Origin: Epiperipatus broadwayi | Taxonomy: Eukaryota; Animalia; Onychophora | Length of the DNA stretch: 64,000 nt | Assembly: GCA_028023455.1 (NCBI GenBank) | Contig: JAQFVV010000010.1 | Location: 7,688,001 to 7,752,000, forward strand | Direction of reading: 5' to 3' | Shown here: positions 1-13,100 of the stretch, one piece after another | Layout of the letters: the number at the start of each line of letters is the position of its first letter | Numbering within the stretch: position 1 is the first letter of the stretch | Position numbers and translations under genes: made by a program | Notes under the pieces: model-generated | What the model was told of the DNA's origin: nothing | Seen by the model: only the letters and a program-made list of their open reading frames with translations | The model's database searches: none

Positions 1-111
1 TGAATCATATGATATAACCTCTTCGTTTTTACACCCGCATAATGTGGGTATGAATTTTCAAATTATAAACACCCGATTTCAGCTTAATATTAATGGAAAT
101 CTACGCAGTCT

Positions 112-121
112 ACGCATGCGC
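112..121. promoter_or_regulatory. CGCATGCG (NRF1/EWG-like) palindrome in a CpG-retaining patch, candidate promoter
   Basis: ACGCATGCGC at 112-121. Several CpGs cluster in 20-125 in an otherwise CpG-poor window. A consensus 5' splice site (AGG|GTAAGT) follows at 349/350. Confidence 0.3.
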
Positions 122-243
122 TTTTTATACCTTCAATGCCATCTTTCTTCCTAATTTCAGAAAGTTTTATTTTTCTATGACAAAAATTAAAATTTTTATG
201 ATAATTTTTGTGATCAAGTAAATTGAATTTTTTTATCCTTCAG

Positions 244-349
244 TTTTTTTCATTGTTAATGGAACAATATTCACCCTGAAAATTACATTAGTAAACATAC
301 AAGCTTTTACTGATGCATTTAAAAGAATGAACATTATTGGGAGCTGAGG
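244..349 (+). other. Candidate non-coding (5' UTR-type) exon
   Basis: Polypyrimidine tract plus CAG acceptor ending at 243 and GTAAGT donor at 350-355. All three frames contain stops. Confidence 0.35.
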
Positions 350-3300
350 GTAAGTATTTATTTTTATATTATTTGAATATATTTTTTAATTATTATTTGA
401 ATTTATATTTGATAAAAAATATCAGAAAAAATTATTATAGAAACTAACATATACTCTGATCAAAAAAATAGCTCGTGATTGTGTAAATTTATATCGTGAA
501 TAATCTGCATTTTTTGGTATGATGTGGGCCTGGGTCCAGTATATGAATTAGGTGATATGAGACAAAGATAAACATATTTTGCAAATATTATGACCAGATT
601 TAGATTTTTCTATAAGGTCTTGTCTGCATTTTAATAATAATAAAAATATGCAAATGCTAAAAGTAAAGATTTTGACAGTATATAAACTTAGGCTGATTAT
701 ACACTAGTGCAATGTAAATTTCAAAGCTGCATATCAAATGCAGAGAGGTGGCAGTTGATGAAGCTATTACTAAATTTGTGGTCATAGTAGCGTGAAGCAA
801 TATGAGCCCTCAAAACCTATAAAGATAGGGTAAATAATACTACATTGCACTGACTTTAAACTACTAACTTATATAGCTTAAGCTTAACTCTATAATGAAT
901 TTAGTATTTTATTCACTTTTTATTCTATTATTTTATTTTGTATATAGTGACTATTTTAGTAGTAATTTTTAATAAATTACAAACTGTATTGAACTTCTTT
1001 ATTATAATATTCAAATTATACTAACTATTGATTAATATTAACTATTTGTTGTAAGGGATGTTATTAGGGATGACATTCATTGCAAACCTTTGTATAGAAA
1101 TACATGTTGAAGGGCTACTAGGAAAAATGAGAGGGACTAATGTCTTTATTCTACGAAGTTTTGAAGTGATGGATTACCTTAGGTAAATGTTATTATATAC
1201 CAATTTTTTAGAAATTTTATGATGAATCCAACTAACCTATTAACAAAATTATACCTTTAACATATATGCATGGTAATTTTAAATTTATGAAATAATATGA
1301 AAATAATTATTAGAAATATTAAGTTTTATTCTTTTTTTTATTACTTTGAATATCAATGACTATATTTTTTTCACCTTGATTACATTCTTAGGTGTTTTGT
1401 GTTTCAAAGAATATATATTATGTCATTTTTGAATAATACAAACTTAAATTATAATAAAATTTGTGGCTTAACATAATTTTTTAAATATTCAATATGGCTG
1501 TTTCGCCAGCAAAAAGGATAAAGGACATTTCAAACACTACTCTCCTGGGCCAGTAATAACTATGGGTCTTCATGAAAAGTAATTTATTTTATATCATAAA
1601 GATGAAGATAATTTTGAAATTTCTAACCAAAAAATAAATTAACATCAATACAGTCATTTCAATTTTGCCAAATGAAGCACCAACAATGATAGTAAATAAA
1701 AACATTTTTTTAAAACAACACATGAAGCGTGATAGATTTATCTTTCATTATATTATACATCAAAACCAGCATGTGATCAAACATTTCCTCCAAAAATTGT
1801 AAAGATCAGATTTACTAGTTAATAAACCACAAATAATGATGAAAGGCCAATATTCTAATTTAATATTCCATAATAAAAATCTGTTGGTTGTCTAGAGAGC
1901 TAGTTTTGAAATGATTTGCTTCACATCTTAAAAGATATCCTCAGGACATTCTTTTTCAAAAGTAGCTTGAATATCTAAAATTAAATAACCATGAATAATT
2001 GCAAAAAATTGAATTAACATTGATATGTCATTTCATTTAAATTTAAAGTTACAGTAGCAAATAGTGTAAACTACTTTTTCATCAGAGCTCATGTTGGTAA
2101 AATATATTGAAAGAAGAAACCTAATTCATTTTAAAACTTTTAAAAAATTATCAAAAAGATACACTTGACAACATTGATATAAAGTTATTTGTAATAATTA
2201 AAAAAGAAATGGAAGGGTTTTTCAAAGGTTATTTTAAATGACCGATCTCAATTTAAAATGCAACTAACAGATCTGGAAATAAAATGTTTTGTGCTCTTCT
2301 AAATTTTTGGCTTTAAAAATTGATTTACAAAACTTGGAAAGAGAAAATACAAATTTGGCTTTAAAACAAAAATAAAGATCCAATTGCCACAAAAAAATCA
2401 AATTACCTTTGAAACATGGATAAGTCTTCTGGATTGTTACAATCAACTTGAATAGCCATTTAAAAATCTTTATAGTTTTTGGATTTATTTTTGTGAACAA
2501 ATCTCAATATGTAGTTTACAAAAAGCAAATTAAAAGATTAACAATGTGCATTTAAAAAATTTAAAACTAAAAATTACCCATCACTAGCTGAAATTAGACC
2601 AGTGTATTACTGTTAGAATCTCAAAAATCTATTCAAAGTAATTTTTTTTTTGTTTGCTTTTAAGAGAATTTTCTATTTTCATTATATGTATACTGGTTCT
2701 ATCTCTAAAATAAATGTAAATACAATCATAATTTTTCATCAATTTATTATTTTTCACTCTCCCTTGCAGCTCATTTAATTTTTTAGTTGAAATATTTAAA
2801 CAAAATAGCTCTCCATATTAAAAAGATTGATCTCTAGATTGATAAAGAGATCATAAATTAATTACTACACACATATTTTAGAAAATCTTGAGATTGCATC
2901 TTTTTTCTTTCCTTCTGCCATTGCACATACCTTTTCTCATCATAATCATATTTAACATATTTTTAAGAATATATTTCAACATCTTTATTTTGATAATTCA
3001 TATTTTTGTTGGTGCTCAATTCTTAAACCAACAATAAATATAGAAATTGGTGTGATTCAATTAAACTGTTGAAGGGTAAATATATATAGCAAGAGGTTAA
3101 AAGTATAATGCTTTTAATGAATTGAGAATGTGATCAACAGATTTTTTTTTCTTTCAGTTGTTTAAATTCTCTTAAAGAAGCAGTACAAAATAGTGATTTG
3201 TGATATGTATTTGTAATAATGTATTGATGAAAATTTTGAACATCTAAAATTCTGAAAATGCAAATGATATTGAAGAATTATTATTGAGAAATGTTTAGAT

Positions 3301-3722
3301 ATATATTTGTTAATCTTGAGACTAGATTTAGATATGTTTTTTTTTTTTTAAAAAAAAAAAATGGCACAAATGAAGCCAGGAAAAAAAATTCTATGTGAGA
3401 AAGAATATATTCTTAAGATTAATACAAAAGAGAAAAAATATGAGCAACAACAAAGTCTGATTTACAAACTATTCAAACAAGTTTTGCTTTGACAAAAAAA
3501 GAAATAGATTGAGAAAAGTTCATGGCATCAGATTTACTGAAAATGTAGCAGTTTGCAAATAATGAGATTGAACAAACAAAATAGTTAATTATTTATTTAT
3601 AGAGAATACAATGGAATCCTATGCAACAAATATAATTATTACAGGAGTATATTTTCTAAACAATCTGGTCATTTAACTTTATATTAAAAGTCACATTTAT
3701 GGGAATCTGTCCCAGGGCAGAG

Positions 3723-4181
3723 CAGGGGATGAGAAATTGTGGCTCCCCAGCTGACGTTTTGATCACAATATAGTGGCTCTTTTTATCATGATAAACATAA
3801 ATATATTTTTTATGTCTAGGAAAGAAAAAATGCTCATTACAAAGTTGTTTGTTGAATTCAGCATTTTTATAGAATAATCATTATTATATTAAGATGAATA
3901 TTTGAATATTAGAAATTTAGGAATAAGTCAAACTGTCAAGTAATTTCTTTGTTTTTATTTATTTGTTTTTAAGAGAATTTTAATTTTTGTTAGGATATAC
4001 AGATTCTATTATGTTCATATTAAAATAAATGTTCAAATATATCTACAGTCATTCAGAAATTCATATTTTTCATGAACATATTTTTAACCGCTTTCTTAAT
4101 ATCTGTGTGTTGGATACCTCTTTCGTTGCAGCTTTGGGGTAAACAAAATGGTTCCTGTTAAAAAAAATTTGTCATGCCCTG
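3723..4181. mobile_element. Old hAT (Charlie-type) MITE
   Basis: TIRs CAGGGGATGAGAAA and TTTGTCATGCCCTG match at 12/14. Flanks GGGCAGAG and GTCTAGAG are a decayed 8-bp TSD (5/8). The interior minus strand has a decayed 'NMNIIESVY' resembling the Charlie transposase C-terminus. Confidence 0.55.
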
Positions 4182-7100
4182 GTCTAGAGCAAAGTTAGCT
4201 TTTAAGGAGGAAAAATATAATACAAAATTTAAAATATGATTATATTTCATTCATATAGATTGTATTATACATATAAAATTAAAATCAAACTTAAAAACAT
4301 TAAAAAGAAATTATCATTGCCATTTGCATTTTGTTAAACCACATTAGTGAGTTCCCATCTGTTCCATGATACTACAATATGAATTACATAATGTGGAAAT
4401 TCTTTTTTATTCATTTTTTTAAAATGGCAGTCCATATTCAGTACTCAGATCTCTGGTTTTACTAATCTCTACTTTGGAAAACATTTCTTTTCCTGGCATT
4501 TGTGTTAATTTTCTAATTCCATTTTTCAAACTCATAGCTAAAATTATTGTGCAGTATGTAAACAGAATATTTTTAAAAAAAAAACCCAGCATTTTCACCA
4601 TTTAATATCCAAATAAACAGATAAAAGAACTAAAGTGATAATAAAACTCTTAAGAAGTGTATAATAAATGTTGAATGAAAAAGTAGAAACAAGCATTCTC
4701 AAGTTTTATAACAGATACACAGTTAACATTACATAATGATGCTCATTATAATATTTGCATATTTAGCACTTTTGGCGGGAATTGTTTACATTAGTAAAGT
4801 TATATAAGTATAAAAATAGTTTTTAAAATGCTATAGATAATAAAAATGCTATTATTACATGGTTCCCACCTCAAATTACATATAAAAAATACATTTTTTA
4901 AAGACTTTTATGTTTTATATATTAATACCATCTACTGACTTTGCTGTCATATCTTTGCTACATTACACTTTAGCGGGAATGGGGGAATAGTACAAAAAAT
5001 TATATTTATTGACTAAAACTATAACTAAAATACATTTTATGCAACTCATTTGTAGACTACAAGAGATATAAAGATAAAAGTTCTATGGGGAAAATAGTAA
5101 CCTGTTAGCAGTATTACTGCGAGACCTATGGTGATGACAAATAACTGAACTAAAAAAAATTTTTTGCCATAAATTTTATTTAAACTGAAGACCACTTATG
5201 CAAATATATATATATATTGTTTAAGCCTACCTGGACTTAGTTATATTGAATGATTAACATTATTAACTTAAATACATTTTTTTTCATTAAATTTAAATTT
5301 AATGCATTCTATTACTATTATTTATGAAATTATGAAATATTTAATATTTAAATTTAATTAAAATATATATTATTGAGGAAATAAATTAAGTATCTCAAAT
5401 ATTGTAGGATTAATTATTTGATGTTTGACAGTAATATCTAGGGATGAGAACTTGAAAAGAGAAGCCAGTAATTTGAATTAGGTGAATTAAATTGGTAATC
5501 AAATATTGGCAATCATTGTATGGAATTTAATGTAAAATAAAATATTCACAATACTTCCAATAGGATTTTAAAAAAACCACATTTGAATATCGGTTTGATG
5601 AAATTTGTAATAAATTGCTACATTTTTAAAATGTTTAGAAGCCGATTAATAGCTAACAAAATTAGTACTAAAAAATTAAAAATGAAGATGAAACAATTTT
5701 TATAAAGGAAAAAGGTAGTGTTAAGAAGCTTAAATTGGAGATTTGATAAATCTTTTACTTGGATTGTAATTCTGTCCAATATCAAAATATAAACAAAATA
5801 GATGGAAATAGAGTAAAGCTTATTTATTTTCTGAGAATGCACCAGTAATAATCATTATGCTTTTGAAAAAAGTACTCCGCACCAAAAATGCATTAAGATT
5901 ATATTTACTAATCTTAATATTTTCTTTATGTAAAAAGCAATAGTATTGTTTTTGTTTCATAATCATTTTACCATGATTTACATCTACTTAGGTCCTGTAT
6001 CTATATAATTTTGAGAAACATTGTGTACATGACATAAAAAACTATTGATCTAATAATACCATCTGTATTTAAATTCTTTTGAAAAGGCTATTAATCTATC
6101 ATATTTCTCACATATTTTAAAGCTTTTATTAAATACATGGCAATAATTCTATAAAATAGAATAAAAGCTGATGTTTCAATGGGCCTATAGTATACCTTTT
6201 AACATACAAAATATTTATGAAAGTATAAGACAACAGAATTTATTATCTATTAAGGTTTCATTAATTATAATGACCATAGTGAAATATTTGTATTGCTGGT
6301 ACCAAATAATTATATGAAACTTCACTAAATTATCTCCATAAATATGATGCCTGATTTTATGACCGTGTTAATATTAGGAGAGAAATATTACATAGTGCAA
6401 TATTCAAATATTTAAAAGATATATTGCAAATTATAGTTTAAAGATTTTTTTTAAAAATCAATTTTTTGAAAATATATTTCAGATTTCCAAGTTACTAAAT
6501 GATAGAAATATAGTTTTATTTAGTTAAAAATGATATTGTTAATTAATAGTTTTCATGCATTGATTTTAATCTTGAAAAAAGTAAGTATGTAAATTCTTTG
6601 CAAAAGCAGACTGAGACACCTAGCTGACAATAAGATACTACAACCAATCACATAATACTTGAGTTATTTTAATAGTTCTGATCTGTCCCTTAATTCATTT
6701 AAATTTCTCAATGTTTGCATCTATGTTACAAAATTTAATGATCGCTGTACATCTTAATAAACAGCATAATGGAAAAAAGTACAGTGTAACAGGCAATAGC
6801 TAAATTAAATACCTAGCAAACTTCATATTGAGTTACCAAATTTAATTTATATAACGAGAAATAACCATTTCACAAACAACTAAGTATATGCATATGTATT
6901 ACAAATTTTGGTTAATAAACTTTAGCATAGAAACATTAGATTACAGAGAATGTCAGGGTAAAATAAATATTACAAACTAAGGAATATTAATGATAGTTGC
7001 TATTAATAAGTTGGCTACAACTTAGCTTATGAATGAAAATAAAAAAGCTATACCTAAATTTTAATTTAGAATAAGAATTATTATCATAGCATTGCTGTGG

Positions 7101-7739
7101 AATATTGACATGAACCAAATGCTAATACTAATATAATTAGCTTAACATTATATTACAATTCAAGATTTTGATAACAATTAACATTAAACATTCATATCTG
7201 TAAGGATATTCAGATATAGTATTTATCATTACTATGTATAAAGCATTCATATAGACATTTTTTTAAAGATAATTATTAAAGTATACTGGTTTTAAATAGT
7301 AAGTTTGTAAAATATGTTTGATAATAAGACTTGTGTTAACATTCAGCTAATGGTAATTTCAGCATTTAAATTAAGTAGCTGATGGAAATTATTTCTTATA
7401 GATTAATCCATTGTACAGTTATCCAGTTAAATAATCTAGAAATGATAAATTTAGTGGATAGTAGATGGTGAACAAAAAAAAAAAATAGTACTGCATTTGG
7501 TCCACAGTTCTATTTAAATGTCATTTCAAAATCCATATAATACCAATAGCAGTGATATTCATTGTAAGACATGCTCTGAGCATAGTGCTTAGATATTGCT
7601 GACAACTCTGCATTTTTTCAGTTATGTAAAAACAAAAACAAATTTCTAAAGATAATTAAGAAAATAAGATAATATATTTCTTTTACACTTAATCTTATAA
7701 TTATTACAAATTCAAAAAAATATATAAAAAAAATCTTGT

Positions 7740-8079
7740 TTTAAATAATGCTTTTATGTAAATAGCCAACTAAAAATTACAAAACAACAAAGTAATCTGC
7801 TTCTTGGTTAATTTGCCATTCTTGAAAAATATCAGAGATCTTAAGAATCTAGACTTGTTATAAAACAATTGGAAATTGCAAGAATATTTTGAGGCTTAAA
7901 TAAATCATAAAAATGAAAAGGGACTCAAATGCTTTTATGAAATGATAATATTCCTGAAAATTTATAACTAGTCTAGATTCTTAAGATCCCGATATTTTTC
8001 AAGAATGGCAAATTAATCAAGAAGCAGATTACTTTGTTATTTTGTACTTTTGGCTATTTATATAAAAACATTATTTAAA
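7740..8079. repeat. Foldback element, ~125-bp inverted arms around a ~95-bp spacer (MITE-like)
   Basis: Arm CAAAGTAATCTGCTTCTTGGTTAATTTGCCATTCTTGAAAAATATC... is mirrored by ...GATATTTTTCAAGAATGGCAAATTAATCAAGAAGCAGATTACTTTG. Confidence 0.85.
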
Positions 8080-9721
8080 TTTTTTTTTTTTTTTTTTACA
8101 TATTTTTTGCCTTTTTAGTTATACTTACATATTGTTTAAAAAAATAGTTAAAACTACAAAAAAAATCTGACAAAAATTATAATTTAATAATAAGACATGA
8201 AAATAAAAAATACAACCTCTAACAAATAAATTCTAAATTTAAGTACATGATCTTCTACTATATAAAAATATTTATCTTGTGCTGGGCACTCTAAAAGTGC
8301 CATGAACAAATGGCTGTAGTTAAAGCTACAGCTCAGTTATATTAAACAAAAGTATTAAATTACATAGTTATGATAAATATAGTATAAAATGGATGAAGTC
8401 GGTCTATGTATACATTACTTACCCACACACACGCTCAAAAGTTGTAAATTGACGCATATAGCATATAGCATATAGAATATATGCGTACAATATATTTTTT
8501 ATTATTATTTGTTTTTGATGTAGCCATAAATGTAAACATCTTACAGTCATATATTTTCTTTCATATTTCTTGTAAAAAGTTATTTACATGTTGGAACATG
8601 TTATAATTGAATAAAAATATACGAAATAATTAAAAGTAACTAAATGTTCCAACTGTCTATATCTTTTTTTTTTTAAATTACCAAATTTTCTAGATTTAAT
8701 GCATTAAGAAAATTCAGATGACCATTGTTTTACTAAAAATCAATGTATACCTCTTATTTTTCTAAAAGAAAGAGTTTGAAGAATCCTGATGCCAAGGCAG
8801 AGATAGAAAAATCTTGTTTATTGTTGTAAAGGTATTTATAATTTCTAATGTAAAGGAATTTTTTTTTGTTGTAATTAATTTTTTTAAAACTGATATTTAT
8901 CAGTTGAGTGGTCTGAGTTCACCTAGATAAAATTAAAATAATAGAATTAATTAAGAATAAAATTCTGTAATCGAAAGGAATGTGCTTTGCTCAAATTAAT
9001 TAGCCACCAAGATAAAAGCTGGAGGCAATTATGTGAAGGGGGGGGGGGTAATCAAATTGACTAGGTATTGGAGGTGCTATATATACTGCTTACCAGGTGC
9101 AGTGATGAATTAATTAAATACAATTTTTGATGGAGAAACTAGCAGTTAAACAGAGAGGGAATGACCAGTGGTAAAAACAGTAGATCTGTTCATGCAGAAA
9201 CCATCAGTTAATGATTCAGAGTCAATCATTCCAGCAGTCGTTAATCAGTTAGAAAGAAGAAATCCCCACAATTATTCATCAATCCAAAATAAAAGCAGAG
9301 GTTACCTATGAGGACTACCAGCGCTTTGAATACTGACAATTTAATGGTGATGGCTGCGGTCAGTATGGAAGAGATTTAAGATTACTAAAATCCTGGCATT
9401 GCTTTCGAGCCCGTTGCTTCCAGTTGTATGCTGGCTTGGCATCATATTCAGGCCTTAATCCAGAAGAATACGTGGAACTGTTAACAATATATTGAAATAG
9501 AGAAAGAGCTTAGAACCGAATCTCTTATGAAAACCATTTATTATAAAGCAAAGTAGCAGTTTTTGTGCAAATACCACAGCAATAAACCAACTCGAGATGG
9601 AGAGAATTCCTACATCAGCTAAAGTGACAGCCATGGGGTAGAAGCCTGCTTCGGTGCACCCATCCTGCTCCTTCCCTCTGTCGAAAGGTAGCTACCCAGG
9701 TCCAGTCAGTGAGGATGATGA

Positions 9722-9821
9722 AGATCGCCAGACTAAAATAATAAAAGAAAGAAATAGATCACCAGACTAAAATAATGAAAGAAAAAAATAGACCGCCAAA
9801 CTAAAATAATGAAAGAAAGAA
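9722..9821 (+). repeat. Minisatellite, 3 x 34 bp
   Basis: AGATCGCCAGACTAAAATAATAAAAGAAAGAAAT variants start at 9722, 9756 and 9790. Confidence 0.9.
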
Positions 9822-11296
9822 GTCCTTCTCGCTCGGTGAGATAGATGTATATAGCATGTCCAGAGTCCCAAGTCCGGAAGAAATCTTCAGACTCCATAGG
9901 GTAAAATTTATTTTAATCATTTGATATTGTTTCTTAACTACTATTCATATATTTATGTACTACATTTATAACATATTTAAAATATAATCACTGCGAAATT
10001 AACTGATATTTCAGTAGTGCATGTATGCAGATTCTTTAAATTAATCATTCTTCCACATTTAGCTTAAAATTACAAAATATATGACAAGAATGTGCGTCTA
10101 CCCTTATATTGCATTTATGTTTCAACCATTTAGATACGCATCAATAAAGTCAAGATAAGATGCATAAAATAATAGTTTTATTTTTTTGTGTACCTACGTG
10201 TAAGATAATACACTACTTTCAAAATATTAAATTGTGGAAGGAATGCAGAAAGAAGCATACGTGATCACATATGATATTTTTTGATTTATTCTTTGTAATC
10301 GGTGATGGGTAATGGGGTTTAATCATTATACATATTTATGTGTGCATGAATAAATATTCTACTTAAATTAATCTGAGATAAAGAGAGCTGAGCTTAGCAT
10401 TATGGGACACTACTATATCTGGTAGTAGATATTTTAATATCCCAATAATATGTTAATAAAACCTATTGGTATGATTTAATGGATGGACGCTGTGTACCCT
10501 TCCAAGGGGGAAATCTCTTCTGGGGAGTGGCGTGTAAAGATATTGCAATAATGCCTTTCAAAGGTATATAGCAGACATCTTAACGTCCATAAGCATGGAA
10601 ATGAAATAAATAATGCTTCGAAACCATGCTGAATTAATAGTATATTCTTGAAATTAAGTTACAAAAATTTATATCTAGATTAGGATTAGTACCCAAACCT
10701 TACGTACAATTTTTCATGCTTAATCTGTACACCAGATTGAAATGTATGAGTGGGGTTGTGGGATAATCCACCGTTACAATCTATAGGTTTTTTAATTAAT
10801 TCTCTAACCTTTTTTTACACATTTATTTTTGTCACAAAATATGAAATATTAATTATTTCAGAACAATAATTCAGATTTTTGTAGAAAATATTTACTTTTA
10901 ATTAATGAAGCATGAGTTAAATGAAAATATTAACAAAATATTACACTACAAACATAATATTTCCATTGGCTCAGTTGCTAAGGGTTTTTCCTTTGAAATG
11001 TAAATGTGTGAGTTCAGAAGGGGAATAAAAATTTTTTTCACTGTTAAAAAATCAAAAATGTGGACATATAATAGCATTTAATATAAACAAATAATATAGT
11101 ATAACTTCATGTGAATTATTACTACATAATATATTATTTCATTATGTACTATCAAATCATTGAATTTAAACATGTTGAGATCATATTTCAATATATATAT
11201 AGCAAATGCATTTAGATATAGAGAAATCATTAAAATTTATGAAATAGCTCTAAATATTAAAATAATAAATTTATTAAATAAATGTTAAGTAGTCAA

Positions 11297-11370
11297 GCGT
11301 TGATGGCCGAGTGAGTTAGCACAGCTACCTTACAAGCAGTTGTGCCAGGGTTCGCTTCCCGTTTGACACA
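11297..11370 (+). pseudogene. tRNA-Gly-derived short SINE or pseudo-tRNA, degenerate
   Basis: GCGTTGATGGCCGAGTGAGTTAGCACAGCTACCTTACAAGCAGTTG...GGGTTCGCTTCCCG aligns by eye with tRNA-Gly(TCC) and has A- and B-box-like motifs. It has the same TTGACA tail as the 56295 copy. Confidence 0.7.
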
Positions 11371-12249
11371 TAACTTTAGGGGGGGGGGAGTGAAAATAGA
11401 ACACACTAAAAAAAATACATTGTAAAAACATATGAATATTTAAGTGTGTAGCACATCTACCTAGCATGCCCATGATCTGAATTTGAGTCCAAGCCAGATT
11501 AATCTTGGAAAATTTTCAAGAAAACAGGTAGGCTATTTACTATGTAAATTTTTTTACTATAAACTAAAGAATGGTTTTGTCAGATAAGATAGTTACTTTT
11601 ATAAATTAATAATAATTTAAAACTAAGCCTTAATTATTAATGCACTGCTAACTATAACATAAAATCAACAAATATAGTTTTAATATGATGTGATCTTCAT
11701 CTCTGGTAGGAAGTGCTATAATCCTAAAGACATTGAACTCGTTGATTTATCTATTGTTTTGAGCAAACACCCCCCTCTCCCATAAAATAATATTTCAATT
11801 TTTATTATTTAAATAATAATCAAGTTTAGGATTTAAATGATTAAAATGTCATCTCTCTTAGAAATATAAGCCTTTTCAATTTTAACAATTTAAAAACTAC
11901 TATCTACAACAAATAAAAAAAAGTATCAGAATGTTAATAATATTTTGTATGGATGAATTTAATTTATCAAAAATATATAAGTAATTTTTATATATATACA
12001 CATAACAATATTAACTATTATTTTGAGGATTGTTGCTTATTGATATAATTTTCTCCATAACTGAAATAATAATTTAAAAATAGATGTAATTAAAAAAAAA
12101 AAAAAATTAAAAGCAGGCAAAAAGTTTGTTTAATGAAGAATTAAAATTTTAATTTTGCATCTCATTACATTCTCAAAATAATTGGACAACTGTGAAATAG
12201 GTTATTATACATCATTGCTGATAGTTTGCCTGTGCTTTAAAACTTAAAT

Positions 12250-13100
12250 TCGCACTTGCCTAATCATGAAAATATCCACCCTCCCTCAATATTATCTACT
12301 AAAATATTTATTCCTGCATTACTTCTGAAACAAATAAATATATAATTTTTTTTAAATATTATTTGTGCCAAATGCATTGAATATTTCAAAATTGCTTTAA
12401 AATTATTATTGCAACTCCAAATCATAGTAGGCAGTTGAGCTAATAACATTGAGATCATAGTTTCACAAATTGGGTTACAATTGACTTATTTTATCATCAC
12501 TGCAACTGTCTAGTAAAAATTAACATTCTTTTTTACATTTTTATCTCACATTTTAATTTTTGCCCCCTCCCCGTCCATAAATAAATAACATTCCATTTCC
12601 TTTGTAAATCTTTAAAATGATTTCTTGCTCTTTTCGTAAGTAGAATAGATAATACTCTCAAGTAGGGAATATATATATATATGAAGATAAAAATCAAAAG
12701 ATGCTCTGTAAAATTTTTTTTTTTTGTATATTTGAAAGAGAAGTTTTAATATAAAACTACTTGTTAATAAAGTTACTAATAATCTCATTAGATTAAAATT
12801 CTAGGAAGTGTTAGCTTTAATATTAAGATATATCATGACATCAGCATCTATAGGTGTAACAATCCTACTAGTCAGTTCTGAAGACTGCATCATATTATGA
12901 TCATCATTTTCCTGCAACTTTTACTCTTCAACTAAAAAAATAACCTGATTAATTAAATTGACTATAAGCCCACCTATATGAAAAAATCCTAAATTTGCTT
13001 GGGAAATCCTGAACATCACTTGAATTTAAATTAACATACAGGCTATTAATGCTGCTAACCACTAATTCATGAGACAGTTCAACCTTTTTTTTAAATATCC
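12250..13100 (-). mobile_element. Very old CR1-like RT remnant (tentative)
   Basis: Frameshifted S-G-x-P-Q-x-x-L-G-like motif near 13000, followed by a DD..MQ.....M.LN.K-like segment at 12820-12915. No intact ORF. Confidence 0.3.

Noticed and set aside
1929-2640. Minus-strand exon-like pieces (...KTYPCFK / DIQATFEKECPEDIF*)
   Set aside because: Frames are ambiguous, and the adjacent 2560-3000 region resembles decayed hAT sequence duplicated at 3950-4090.
1040-3205. Spliced plus-strand model (exon ending at 1182 joined to the exon at 3158) giving a ~56-aa peptide
   Set aside because: The phases are compatible, but the peptide is unrecognisable and such joins arise easily by chance.
12264-12340. 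In-frame TGA before a GC donor as a possible selenocysteine exon
   Set aside because: There is no selenoprotein motif or SECIS, and the region looks like a CR1 remnant.
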